From: an uncultured Verrucomicrobiae bacterium
GTDB taxonomy: Bacteria; Verrucomicrobiota; Verrucomicrobiia; Chthoniobacterales; JAFAMB01
DNA length: 64,000 nt
Direction: 5' to 3'
Assembly (NCBI GenBank): GCA_963813025.1
Contig: CAWEXO010000011.1
Coordinates: 192,001-256,000, forward strand
The position numbers and the translations under genes were made by a program. This document shows, one piece after another, positions 32,781-42,396 of the stretch. Numbering within the stretch: the stretch's first letter is position 1; each line of letters opens with the position of its first letter. Under the pieces are notes generated by a model. The model was not told the origin of the DNA. It searched no databases and saw nothing but the letters and a program-made list of their open reading frames with translations.

Positions 32781-33500
32781 ATGATCAAGACTGACCTAAA
32801 AAACCACAAGGTCGTTTCGCTGAACGAATGGCTCGAGGCACGAAAACAGTTTCTGACCCAAGAGAAAGAATTTACTCATCTCCGCGATCAATTGAGCTGG
32901 CAGCGCAGGGAATTGCCCTGGGTCAAGGTAGAGAAGAACTATGTCTTTGATGGGCCGGATGGAAAGACGACACTGGCAGAGCTGTTTGGGGGCAGAAGCC
33001 AACTAGTGGTCTATCATTTCATGTTTGCCCCGGACTGGGAAGAGGGATGCCCTAGTTGTTCTTTCTGGGCTGATAGTTTCAACGAGATCGGTGTTCATCT
33101 GAATCATCGAGATGTTACCTTGGTCGCCATTTCGCGGGCGCCGTCGGAGAAGTTAGAGGCGTTTAAGCAGCGAATGGGTTGGAATTTCAAGTGGCTATCG
33201 TCCGGCAACAATGATTTCAACCGTGACTATCATGTTTCGTTTACGCCTGAAGAACTGGAGGGTCAGATCGAGTACAACTATGCGAAGATGGAAACAGACA
33301 CGTCAGATTGGCCCGGGGTGAGCGTCTTTTTCAAAGACGGAGATGGAAATCTCTATCACACTTATTCTGCCTATTCGCGCGGCATCGATATTCTGAATAC
33401 AGCATATAACTACCTCGATTTAGTTCCCAAGGGACGCGATGAAGCCGAACTGGAATTTTCGATGGACTGGGTGCGCTACCACTGTAAGTACGACCAGTAG
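32781..33500 (+). CDS. DUF899 thioredoxin-like protein (CPSC)
   Basis: EW..AR...L..EKE.T, RRELPWV, LFGGRSQLVVYHFMF, GCPSCS, YHTYS.YSRG, YLDLVPKGR. Confidence 0.92.
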   Translation: MIKTDLKNHKVVSLNEWLEARKQFLTQEKEFTHLRDQLSWQRRELPWVKVEKNYVFDGPDGKTTLAELFGGRSQLVVYHFMFAPDWEEGCPSCSFWADSFNEIGVHLNHRDVTLVAISRAPSEKLEAFKQRMGWNFKWLSSGNNDFNRDYHVSFTPEELEGQIEYNYAKMETDTSDWPGVSVFFKDGDGNLYHTYSAYSRGIDILNTAYNYLDLVPKGRDEAELEFSMDWVRYHCKYDQ

Positions 33501-33531
33501 ACGCGGCGGTTACAAACGGAAAGGAAGAACG

Positions 33532-34302
33532 ATGACGACACACATAACCGGGACACGTGAAGAGTGGCTGAGAGCGCGGCGCGAACTGCTCGAGGCCGAG
33601 AAGGAGCTAACGCGGCGCAGCGACGAGCTGGCGCGGCGACGTCAGGAGCTGCCCTGGGTCCGGGTCGACAAGGAGTACCGATTCGAGACCGATGAAGGGA
33701 GCGCCACGCTGGCCGACCTCTTCAGAGGGCGCTCGCAGCTCCTCGTTTACCACTTCATGTTCGGGCCCGACTACAAGGCGGGGTGTGCGACCTGCTCGAC
33801 GATCGCGGACGGGTTCGACGGCTTCGTCGTCCACCTGGAGAACCACGACGTCACGCTTTCAGCGGTGTCGCGGGCGCCGCTCGCGAAGCTCCAGGCGTAC
33901 AAGCGGCGGCTGGGGTGGACGTTTCCCTGGGCGTCCTCGCTCGGCACCGACTTCAACTTCGACTTCAACGTCTCGTTCACCGAGGAGCAACAGCGCGCGG
34001 GGGGCATCGAATACAACTACGAGCGCGGCGGCCACGCGATGGACGCGACATCGGTCCCTGAGCCCGTCGCCGAGAACGCGGCCATGACCGGAACCGACGT
34101 AGCCACGTACACGCGCGAGAGGCCGGGCATGAGCGCGTTCGTGCTCGAAGACGACGGCGTCGTCTACCACACCTATTCCACCTATGCGCGCGGACTGGAC
34201 GGCCTCTGGGGCATGTACCAGTGGCTCGACCGCGCACCCAAGGGGCGCAACGAGAATGAGGGCGTCTGGTGGCGCCGCCATGACGAGTACGACAAGCGCT
34301 GA
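33532..34302 (+). CDS. DUF899 thioredoxin-like protein (CATC)
   Basis: Same family motifs; WGMYQWLDRAPKGRNE...WWRRHDEY. Confidence 0.92.
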   Translation: MTTHITGTREEWLRARRELLEAEKELTRRSDELARRRQELPWVRVDKEYRFETDEGSATLADLFRGRSQLLVYHFMFGPDYKAGCATCSTIADGFDGFVVHLENHDVTLSAVSRAPLAKLQAYKRRLGWTFPWASSLGTDFNFDFNVSFTEEQQRAGGIEYNYERGGHAMDATSVPEPVAENAAMTGTDVATYTRERPGMSAFVLEDDGVVYHTYSTYARGLDGLWGMYQWLDRAPKGRNENEGVWWRRHDEYDKR

Positions 34303-34354
34303 CTGAGCCAAGTCGTGGATGCGCGGCATCGTTCCTCGGCAGGCGGGTCGCGAT

Positions 34355-36463
34355 TCAGATCTCCCGGAATTTACAAGCTTCTTCCAACGAGATCGCCCCG
34401 GAAAAGGCTTCCTGCAGCGCCTGATCGAAGAGCGACGGTTCATCTTTGTGCTGGAGAATCTTGCGCAATTGACTGCTCGGTGCTCCCTCCTGGATAGCCG
34501 CTCTGACTTCGTCGTCGACGATCAGCATTTCAAAAATAGCTTTTCGTCCGGCAACTCCGGAGCCCCGGCAAAAGTCGCAGCCTCGTCCGCCACGCAGGCT
34601 TACCTCGGCCGGGACTCGGCAAGGTTCAATCCCCAATCTTCGCCAGCGTTGCTCCGACGGAATTGGCTGATCGACCGCACAACGCGGACAGATTTTTTTG
34701 ACCAGCCGCTGTGATACCGCGATTTTCAGGCTATCAGCCACCAGAAAAGGTTGAGCTCGCAAGAGGGAGAAACGAGCAGGCACTTCACAGACCGAATTCG
34801 TGTGCAGGGTGGAAATAGCGCGGTGCCCGGAAGAAGAAAGCCGCATTAAGGCTTCAACACTCTCCTCATCCCGGATCTCGCCCATCATCACGATGTCCGG
34901 CGCTTGCCGCAGGATGCCGCGGGCCCAAGCCGCAAAGGTGTAAGGACCGTTATCGTCAATCTGTGTCTGACTAATATTATCGAGAAAAACTTCGATTGGC
35001 GATTCCGCGGTAAGAACGTTGTTTTTGATGCGGTCGATTGATCGGAGAATACTGTAGATAGTGGTAGTCTTCCCTGAACCGGTCGGCCCACAGAGGATGA
35101 GCAAACCATGATCGCTGTTCATCAATTCATCGATCGCCCGGGCAGAACGAGCCGGCATACCGAGTTCCGCGAGAGATTTGATGTAACGCTGATCACGTTG
35201 GAGGCGCAAAACTGCCTGCTCGCCCTGTAACTGATAGGAAGTGTTAACCCGAAAATCGTAGCGGCGATCGCAAATCTTGATCGGAAAGGTTCCATCCTGC
35301 GGCAGTCTCATATACTGGATTTCCAAACCGGAGATGACCTTAATTCGCGAGATCACCTGTTTGGCGATGTAGCCGGGAAATTCACCGTTCTCATCAAACC
35401 AGCCGCCATCGAGCTTATAGCGGACTCGCAGCTTTTGCGGAAACTCCTGGAACATGATATCGCTCGCGCCCATATCGACCGCTTTGTAAATGATCGAATG
35501 CACGAACTTGATCACTGCTTGCTCGTCAACTCGATCCCGGCTGCCTGTCCGGCGCAGTTGATCGACGCGGATAACTTCGAGAGCCTCCTGGTTGCGTCCA
35601 GGCCGATCCGGCGGGCTCATCGCGGCGATCAAGCCGCCGGTATTGATCGCCCGGCTTTCGGAAGCACTGATCACGCGTTGGATGGCCGCTTCTTCCGCCA
35701 AGGCTTGCTGCACAAAAAACCGATGCCGCAGCGCGCCTTCAATCTCTGCTTTGGTTCCCGGGTCAAGCGGTCGAGCGACCGCGAGAGTCAATATCCGTCT
35801 TCCACAATAGATCGGTATTGCTTCAAACCGTCTTTGCAGCACCGGACTGAACCACTGCCCAATCTTATCGTTAGGCGCCACGCCATCGAGATCAATCCAC
35901 GGGATGCCGCCGTTCTCAATCGGGCGAAACTCTTGCTTGATGAACGGTTCAACGAGAAACCGTCCTTCGTCCGGCCGCGACCAGTCTCGCATCTGTACCG
36001 GTTCACACCAGACGCAGTTAACCCGGGAAACTCCCCAGAAAGCATTCAATGCTTGAAATGCCGGCTGACGAAGCAGGTCGGCTAATCCCGGGATAGCTGA
36101 AGCGACGGTCAGTTCGTCTCCGCGCTGACCGATCGGAAATAAGAAATGCTTGAGTGGCGGCACGCGGACCGCCTGTAACGATGGGCCAAAAAGCGCCAAA
36201 TCTATTGCGGGAGCCGGCCGTTCGCGGAGAAGCTTGGCAATCACGGCACCCAGATCCAGATCAAGCCGTTGACTGTAGTGCTCGAAAAAGGTTTCCAATC
36301 GCCAAACGTCGGGTACCTCCTTTTCGCTAATCCATTCAAGATGCTCGATGAAGTAACGAAAATGCGGATTTCCCTCGCAAATTCCCAGAAGTCGGCCGAG
36401 GTGCGCTTGCAGCGCATAACTTAACTCCTGCGCAACTCCTTTGTTATCGACGGCGGCGCGCAT
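34355..36463 (-). CDS. GspE/PilB-family assembly ATPase
   Basis: GASDI, RLPQDG, Walker A GPTGSGKT, LRQAPDIVMMGEIRD, GH...STLHTN, SQRLV, tetracysteine CPRC/CDFC. Confidence 0.93.
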   Translation of the reverse strand: MRAAVDNKGVAQELSYALQAHLGRLLGICEGNPHFRYFIEHLEWISEKEVPDVWRLETFFEHYSQRLDLDLGAVIAKLLRERPAPAIDLALFGPSLQAVRVPPLKHFLFPIGQRGDELTVASAIPGLADLLRQPAFQALNAFWGVSRVNCVWCEPVQMRDWSRPDEGRFLVEPFIKQEFRPIENGGIPWIDLDGVAPNDKIGQWFSPVLQRRFEAIPIYCGRRILTLAVARPLDPGTKAEIEGALRHRFFVQQALAEEAAIQRVISASESRAINTGGLIAAMSPPDRPGRNQEALEVIRVDQLRRTGSRDRVDEQAVIKFVHSIIYKAVDMGASDIMFQEFPQKLRVRYKLDGGWFDENGEFPGYIAKQVISRIKVISGLEIQYMRLPQDGTFPIKICDRRYDFRVNTSYQLQGEQAVLRLQRDQRYIKSLAELGMPARSARAIDELMNSDHGLLILCGPTGSGKTTTIYSILRSIDRIKNNVLTAESPIEVFLDNISQTQIDDNGPYTFAAWARGILRQAPDIVMMGEIRDEESVEALMRLSSSGHRAISTLHTNSVCEVPARFSLLRAQPFLVADSLKIAVSQRLVKKICPRCAVDQPIPSEQRWRRLGIEPCRVPAEVSLRGGRGCDFCRGSGVAGRKAIFEMLIVDDEVRAAIQEGAPSSQLRKILQHKDEPSLFDQALQEAFSGAISLEEACKFREI

Positions 36464-36479
36464 AAAACTGGCTAACTAA

Positions 36480-37943
36480 CTAGCGAGCGGCGCCCAGTTG
36501 ACTGAAGCTTCCTGCGGGAAAGGTCTCGACATCGAGCGGAGTGATTAAAGAAGCTCCAAACGCGGAGTTTGTTCCAGCGTTAAAGTCACCTTCAATGCCC
36601 AAACGATTCGGTGTGACGACGGAGAAATTCGACCGCAGAACGTCAGCGCTGCGTAATAAGACCAACGCATGCGCGTCGGGCTGCCCGGCTCCATTCGCGG
36701 CGACGAAATAGACCGACTGGATCGGTAATGCGGTCGGCAAAGTGGCGTAGTTGAGCGCGAGAACAGCTTGTCGAACCCCTCCCTCATCCGAATAACTCCC
36801 GAGCACCACGCTTGGCACTCCGGGTTTAGCAGGCCGACGAATTTCATTGTTGTTATTCGCACTGACTTCAGTCAATCCCTGGACCGGTTGGCCAGTGCGG
36901 GTCCAGAAGATTCGGGGAGATCCCTGACCGTTCACCATGATAGTGATGTCGCAGAGCGCGCCCAAGCCTGTTATGTTCAATTGCGGCGTTCCCTTATCCG
37001 CCGCATTCGAGGCAAGAACGCTGAAAGCCGGCGCGAGGTCGACCGGCAGAACGTCCGGTGTAACGATTTTCGCGGCGAATTGCGTCCTCGCATTGTCGAC
37101 CCACTGAGCGTCGCCAATGCTGCCGGCCGCCCCGGTGAGCGCAATGCCTGGCGGATCGCTGAAATTGATCCGGCCGGCGCCATTCGCGTTGACGACGCCG
37201 CCGCTGACCAGAGGATAGGCCGAGGAGATGACTCCGCGCACGTCCACATTCCCTTCGGCGAAAACTCGTCCGATTCCCTCAGGAAAAATCACCGCGTCCA
37301 ACTGAAGATCCGCGCGCCCTGCCGCGTAGAGAGTGAATTCGGATATCGGTATTTGCCGAATATCGATTTCCGGTGCTGCGGTTACGGTTTTGTCGACTAT
37401 CCGGGCGCTACTCGCTGTTTTGTCCATGGCGGTTGCGGCGACGGCCACCCGAGCGACTTCCGCAGTTGCTCCGGCAAAGGGGTCGGACGGTGTTTCCAGC
37501 CGCACCCCGCTTTGAGAAAGGGCGGCGGTATTGAGCGGAGCGATGGCCGGAATTGTTATCGTCTTGTCCTCTGACCCAGACGCCAGGAAAGCGAGCGAAA
37601 CAGCGGTTAAATCATTTGTCGGCAGAGGGGTGAACAAAGAAAGATCGACCTGCCCGGAGATCACTGCCTGGTATCGAATATTTTCCTTGGCCAATCGGAT
37701 TTCATCTTCAAGTACAGCTGTCTTGGCGTCTTGATCGGAAACACGCGCTTCCCGCTCGCGCTGATTCGTGATGTAAACCAGACAAGAACTCACGATGATC
37801 GAGGCGATCACAACGACAGCCAGAGTAACGACAAAGACGGATCCATTCTGATTCAGGCAAGCCCTGCCATTTAACGGTAGAGCGCTCCGGCTCTTCCGAT
37901 CCTCACGTCGATCAATGAAGGGCGAGAGGCATCGCGTAAACAT
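36480..37943 (-). CDS. Large PilX/GspK-like minor pilin (start uncertain)
   Basis: NQNG|SVFVVTLAVVVIASII: class III-like signal lacking E5, followed by a large beta-rich domain. Confidence 0.7.
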   Translation of the reverse strand: MFTRCLSPFIDRREDRKSRSALPLNGRACLNQNGSVFVVTLAVVVIASIIVSSCLVYITNQREREARVSDQDAKTAVLEDEIRLAKENIRYQAVISGQVDLSLFTPLPTNDLTAVSLAFLASGSEDKTITIPAIAPLNTAALSQSGVRLETPSDPFAGATAEVARVAVAATAMDKTASSARIVDKTVTAAPEIDIRQIPISEFTLYAAGRADLQLDAVIFPEGIGRVFAEGNVDVRGVISSAYPLVSGGVVNANGAGRINFSDPPGIALTGAAGSIGDAQWVDNARTQFAAKIVTPDVLPVDLAPAFSVLASNAADKGTPQLNITGLGALCDITIMVNGQGSPRIFWTRTGQPVQGLTEVSANNNNEIRRPAKPGVPSVVLGSYSDEGGVRQAVLALNYATLPTALPIQSVYFVAANGAGQPDAHALVLLRSADVLRSNFSVVTPNRLGIEGDFNAGTNSAFGASLITPLDVETFPAGSFSQLGAAR

Positions 37944-38433
37944 GATAAGGGATAGATTCCGACTGCGTGTTGACATTCCAGGACGCTTCAATCACGCCGA
38001 GGCGCATGCGAAAAAGATTCGGCGGATCAGCCAGCGTACAGTTGATAAAACGAACGCTGGTTTTCCGGGGTACAGATTGAGAAAGGATGATCTGATTGCC
38101 GGCGAACTCAAAGACGCTCGGTTGGCCGTCTTTCCAGCAGACCAGGAGGTTGCCTTGCGCTACGCCCGGATCACCCTCCACCGGCTTGGTAGTGCTCGGC
38201 CCGGGAAAAATCTGGAAATCATCCGCAGTTTTGACCGAAGCAAACAGCAGCTCCTCCAAATTGTCGTGTTGCGACTCAAGCTCAGAGCCCTGCAGGAAAG
38301 AGTGCTGCCGCTCGATCGCGGTGAGCAGAAAGCCGATCGCCGCCGACAAAATGACCACCACCGAGATAACGGCTGCTAACATCTCTACCAGCGTAAAGCC
38401 GGCGCCCGAGTTTACTCTGATCCGAGAGTTCAT
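37912..38433 (-). CDS. Minor pilin (PilW/GspJ-like)
   Basis: AG|FTLVEML prepilin cleavage motif. Confidence 0.85.
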   Translation of the reverse strand: MNSRIRVNSGAGFTLVEMLAAVISVVVILSAAIGFLLTAIERQHSFLQGSELESQHDNLEELLFASVKTADDFQIFPGPSTTKPVEGDPGVAQGNLLVCWKDGQPSVFEFAGNQIILSQSVPRKTSVRFINCTLADPPNLFRMRLGVIEASWNVNTQSESIPYHVYAMPLALH

Positions 38434-38870
38434 TTCGAGAGTTCGATCGTCTTTGTGAGTGACCCCGAACCGTTGCCGTTCGCCGCCGCCATCTGATAGA
38501 CCAGTGACAATTCTTTCTTATCAGGGCTGAGAGCAACAACGTAAGGAACTGCCTCGGTGTATTGTGAGACGCCGTTCGTCGAGGCCGGTTTTCCGAGCGG
38601 ATGGTAAAGAAACCCGCGGAGCGGATCATCCGCGCCAGAGTCATTTCCCAGATAATCTGGGGAAAGCGGGTCCGCCCAGCTCGGTGCAAAGGCATGCAAC
38701 TCGTAATATTCGCGCAGAATCCGGGAAGCCCGATGGTCAAGCCGGCCGGCCAGCTGCTTTTCGTCTATTAATTTCCAAGCTGCGGTGATTCCAACGGCGG
38801 CGCTCGAGAGCACCACGATTGACGCCAGCACCTCAACCAAAGAAAATCCCCTGGAAAAGCTCGGGTTCAT
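38430..38870 (-). CDS. Minor pilin (PilV/GspI-like)
   Basis: RG|FSLVEVL prepilin motif; ATGA overlaps on both sides. Confidence 0.85.
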   Translation of the reverse strand: MNPSFSRGFSLVEVLASIVVLSSAAVGITAAWKLIDEKQLAGRLDHRASRILREYYELHAFAPSWADPLSPDYLGNDSGADDPLRGFLYHPLGKPASTNGVSQYTEAVPYVVALSPDKKELSLVYQMAAANGNGSGSLTKTIELSK

Positions 38871-40591
38871 TCACGGCGCACCGCTTTGGAATCCTTGACT
38901 TGTTTCCCGGAGTGCTCCAAGGGCAACGGCGGAGGTTCACCTGGCAAATCCGAAGACTCGCTCAGGATATCGCGTTCATTCTCTCCCAACCGATCGCGAC
39001 GACGGTTCGCGGCCGGAATGATGGTCGGTGAAACGATTACGACCAGATTCGTCCGGGCATTGGTGATTGACTTTGTTTTAAACAAATAACCAAGCACTGG
39101 AATTCGGGATATGCCCGGAATACCATTCTGGTTAAATTGGCTGTTATCTTGCAGGATGCCGCCGATCACCGCGGCCTGTCCGCTGCGCACGGTCACGTTG
39201 GCGGTAGTACTGCGCGTTGAGACGATCGGTACGGTCGTGGTAGTACCGGGTTGGGCCGGGCTACTACCCACCACCGAGGAAAGGGTCGGATTCAGATTCA
39301 TGTCGACCAAGCCGTCATCGAGTATCCGGGCAACAATATCAATCGTCAGGCCGGTGGTGAAGGTGTAGGGTGTTGTGCTCGGTCCGTAAAGTTGAGTGCC
39401 GGGGGTTTGCAGGAAGATAGTCTGTTTGGTATCTGAGCGAATAGTTACCGGCATTCCGCTCTTGGCAATGGTCATTGGTGAATTATTGCTGCGCACCCGA
39501 CCTCTTTGCTTCAGCGCCTGAAGGACTACCTGAATATTACTAACATCCAGGATGAGCCCATTCGTGAAAAAGGCGCCGGGAGTCAGTTTACCAAGAATGT
39601 CGCTGGTCGCGCTGGTGGGATTGCCCTGCAAGCGAAAACTCGCTCCCTGGCCCGGCTGCAAACCGAGTGCCTGACTCCAGTCCACGCCTCCTCCTAACCC
39701 GTTTGTGTCGTCAACTTCAACGACGTATGTCTTAATCAGGATCTGCCGTTCATGGCGATCTAGTCGCTCAATCAGGTCGGCAACCAGAGACTGATCATCC
39801 GGCGTCGCGCGAACGACCAGTGAGTTGCTGCTCCGCTCCACAAAGACCGCGTTCTGCCCCTCTTTCTTAAAACCGCCGGTCGACAGAGGTTCGTCGAAAG
39901 GCAGGCCAGGCTGAAAACGCGGTTGGCTTTGATCGCTACCCGTTGCGTTCGTGGCCGAGAGCGCGTCAGGACCGACTCTGGCATTAGCCGGTTTAGGATA
40001 GGCTGGAAAACTCTCGGCGGCGGGAACCGTCTTGATTCCAAGTAGACTAGCCACGGCCTGGAGCAGAAACTCAGCGGGCTGATTATGGATTGGATAGCGT
40101 TTTGTTAAGAAAAAGCTCGGCGTCACGATATCTGACCTGCGCAGTGTGTAGGTCGCTCCATCGGTCACCACCTGAAACCCGCGCGACTGCGCGATATCAT
40201 AGAAAGCCTGGAGTGGTGTCAGATTGGTCAGAGTGACAGAAATATGCTCATCGCCCGGCAGATCGGGTTCGATGTAGTTAATCCCCGCTTGTTCAGCCAA
40301 GATTCGCAGCACGCGTGCCAGCGGCTGATTCGTGTAACGATGAGTCCTGGGCTCATTTGGCGGCATCCGGGCAGCCGCCGCGGCTTCGGCATTCTCGCGT
40401 TCCCGCAAGAGACGCTCGATCTCGTCAACAACCGAATCATTGGGAGAAGGGCCCGGCACGGCCATCGAAGGCGAAGGAACGGGTTCCGCGGGAGAAGTTG
40501 ACGGAGGTGCTTCTGGGAGCGGTTCGTTTTCACCAAAAGCAGTGGAGGTTAACCCAACCGCGACAAAGAGGGTAAGAACTGCGTTATTCAT
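38867..40591 (-). CDS. Outer-membrane secretin (PilQ/GspD family)
   Basis: Signal peptide; SNSLVV, LD..ERQILI..YVVEV, GVDW, IGGIL, IPGISRIPVLGYLFK, LVVIVSPTII. Confidence 0.93.
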   Translation of the reverse strand: MNNAVLTLFVAVGLTSTAFGENEPLPEAPPSTSPAEPVPSPSMAVPGPSPNDSVVDEIERLLRERENAEAAAAARMPPNEPRTHRYTNQPLARVLRILAEQAGINYIEPDLPGDEHISVTLTNLTPLQAFYDIAQSRGFQVVTDGATYTLRRSDIVTPSFFLTKRYPIHNQPAEFLLQAVASLLGIKTVPAAESFPAYPKPANARVGPDALSATNATGSDQSQPRFQPGLPFDEPLSTGGFKKEGQNAVFVERSSNSLVVRATPDDQSLVADLIERLDRHERQILIKTYVVEVDDTNGLGGGVDWSQALGLQPGQGASFRLQGNPTSATSDILGKLTPGAFFTNGLILDVSNIQVVLQALKQRGRVRSNNSPMTIAKSGMPVTIRSDTKQTIFLQTPGTQLYGPSTTPYTFTTGLTIDIVARILDDGLVDMNLNPTLSSVVGSSPAQPGTTTTVPIVSTRSTTANVTVRSGQAAVIGGILQDNSQFNQNGIPGISRIPVLGYLFKTKSITNARTNLVVIVSPTIIPAANRRRDRLGENERDILSESSDLPGEPPPLPLEHSGKQVKDSKAVRRE

Positions 40592-41166
40592 TTCTTGCTC
40601 ACTGAGGGCTTCCGCTCAAGCTGGATCTGTTGCGAAGGAACATCTCCTTCGAAGGGTAACTCGCATAGCGCAGCCTTGAATCCTGGGAGCACAATCGACA
40701 CGCCGGTCGCGTGCACCGAGCCAACCAAAACGGTGATGCTATCGTGACGAGGTTGGTTAACTTCAAGCGGTAATCCATAACTTCGCGCCAGTTCCTCCAG
40801 CTGCGCTAACTTTTCGGCGGGCAAAGGTAATGGGATTCTATCGCCCTGGGAGAAGGTGACGCCGTTAATTATCACCATCGCACGGGTCTGGTCGTCGCCG
40901 GTGCTGAGTCCGCCGACGAAGAGCTTGCGCTGGATGGCACCGGCAATAGTCTGCAAGTATTGCTGAACAATCTCACCGGAATCTATGCCCGTTGGGCCCG
41001 CGTCGCCGGAAACAATCGTTCGCTTGGCCTGGGCGCGGATGAAAGGGTCTCGGCGCGTTGGCTGATAATGATAGATGTAGAGATCGGGTAGACGCGGTAG
41101 TTCGATTTCCTGAGCGCGCGCCGCCATAACCAGGGCAAGAAAGCAGCAAGGGAGAATTGTTTTCAT
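40588..41166 (-). CDS. PilP-like periplasmic protein
   Basis: Signal peptide, Y.Y...RRDPF motif as in PilP; immediately upstream of the secretin. Confidence 0.6.
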   Translation of the reverse strand: MKTILPCCFLALVMAARAQEIELPRLPDLYIYHYQPTRRDPFIRAQAKRTIVSGDAGPTGIDSGEIVQQYLQTIAGAIQRKLFVGGLSTGDDQTRAMVIINGVTFSQGDRIPLPLPAEKLAQLEELARSYGLPLEVNQPRHDSITVLVGSVHATGVSIVLPGFKAALCELPFEGDVPSQQIQLERKPSVSKK

Positions 41167-41741
41167 CGGCTGGTAAGCAGGCGAATGGTGAACCGCGCAT
41201 CCAGGTACGTCGGGTCTGAAGAAAAATCGGGCACATTAACCGGACGGTTCAGCACAACCCTGTCTAGAAAAAGAAAAGCATTCGAATTTTCCTGTTCCGC
41301 CAAAAGCGGGATCAAACGCTGCAACTCGAGCTTGGACGATCCAGCTTCATAGATCAGGGCGTTTTCGCCGGCCGGCACTCTATCTGGTCGAGCGACAATT
41401 CCGGCCTCGAGCAAACTCTTGGACAAGCCCGGCGTCTCGTCCTGGTCCAGTAAGCGGAATCGGTTGTTGGCGACTCCCCGAGTAATGTTCCCTGGCCGGA
41501 TGTAGATCGCGTCGCGCAACCTGACGTAGAGGGCCTTGACCCGCGACTGGCTCATCTTCAACCCGAGGACCTCCGCTTGTCTTCGCGCATTAGCTTCTTG
41601 AGAAATGTTATTCTGCTCGGTCGACTCGGCCAGCTTCCGGTGCAGATGCCGCAACAGGAAAAGCTCCGCTCCCAAAGTTGCGAAGACCAGCAAGCAAATC
41701 GAAGCGAAAAACGCGGCGCTGCTGGTCTCGGGAAATCTCAT
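41163..41741 (-). CDS. PilO/GspM-like bitopic membrane protein
   Basis: One TM, coiled coil, ferredoxin-like C-terminal region; operon position. Confidence 0.55.
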   Translation of the reverse strand: MRFPETSSAAFFASICLLVFATLGAELFLLRHLHRKLAESTEQNNISQEANARRQAEVLGLKMSQSRVKALYVRLRDAIYIRPGNITRGVANNRFRLLDQDETPGLSKSLLEAGIVARPDRVPAGENALIYEAGSSKLELQRLIPLLAEQENSNAFLFLDRVVLNRPVNVPDFSSDPTYLDARFTIRLLTSR

Positions 41742-41748
41742 GGTTTAA

Positions 41749-42396
41749 TCAAAGTGAATTCCGATCACTAATCTTGGTGAGGCCAAGCCCGAAATAGTTG
41801 CCGCCGGGCTTCAGGGAATACTGGAGGACAAAGGGCACAACTTCCCCTGGCTGGTTTTCCAGATGCTCGACTCTCACCAGCTCCGTTCCGGCGGGTAAAC
41901 GTTTCTGTAATCGGTCGGTAAATGTCTGCACCGGATCGACTGCAGCTTTGCGAGCCTTGCCCTGGACCAACACGCTGTAATTCGTCGGAATCCGGTAGGT
42001 TCCGCCGATCACTTCCACCCGATCGTACTGGTCCGCTTCGATGGCGATAGAGCCGATCACCACATTGTCCGGGATAGTCGTCTCGATCAGACCCAAGAGG
42101 GCGCTCACTGGAACGCGCCGCCGCAAAATCGGTTCCCATTGCCGGATCTGCGTCAATTGCTGGCGCAGTTCCCTGAGCGACCCGTTCTGTCGCTCCAATT
42201 CATCCGCCTGTAAGAGCAAGCCAGCACGACGCGCACTCTGATCGCTCTGTTTCTGCCAGATAAGAACGCCCGAAAAAACCAAAGGAATCTGACACCCGAC
42301 GAAGGCCAAGACTAAGGCTCCGGCGACGCGATAGAGCGGCCCGCGCTGGTAGCGATGTCGGATTGCCTTCTCTGGAGAGACAAACAAGAACTTCAT
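41749..42396 (-). CDS. PilN-like bitopic membrane protein
   Basis: One TM, coiled coil, LL..I...IPDNV.I.SI and VQG.A...F..RL as in PilN; ATGA overlap. Confidence 0.65.
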   Translation of the reverse strand: MKFLFVSPEKAIRHRYQRGPLYRVAGALVLAFVGCQIPLVFSGVLIWQKQSDQSARRAGLLLQADELERQNGSLRELRQQLTQIRQWEPILRRRVPVSALLGLIETTIPDNVVIGSIAIEADQYDRVEVIGGTYRIPTNYSVLVQGKARKAAVDPVQTFTDRLQKRLPAGTELVRVEHLENQPGEVVPFVLQYSLKPGGNYFGLGLTKISDRNSL

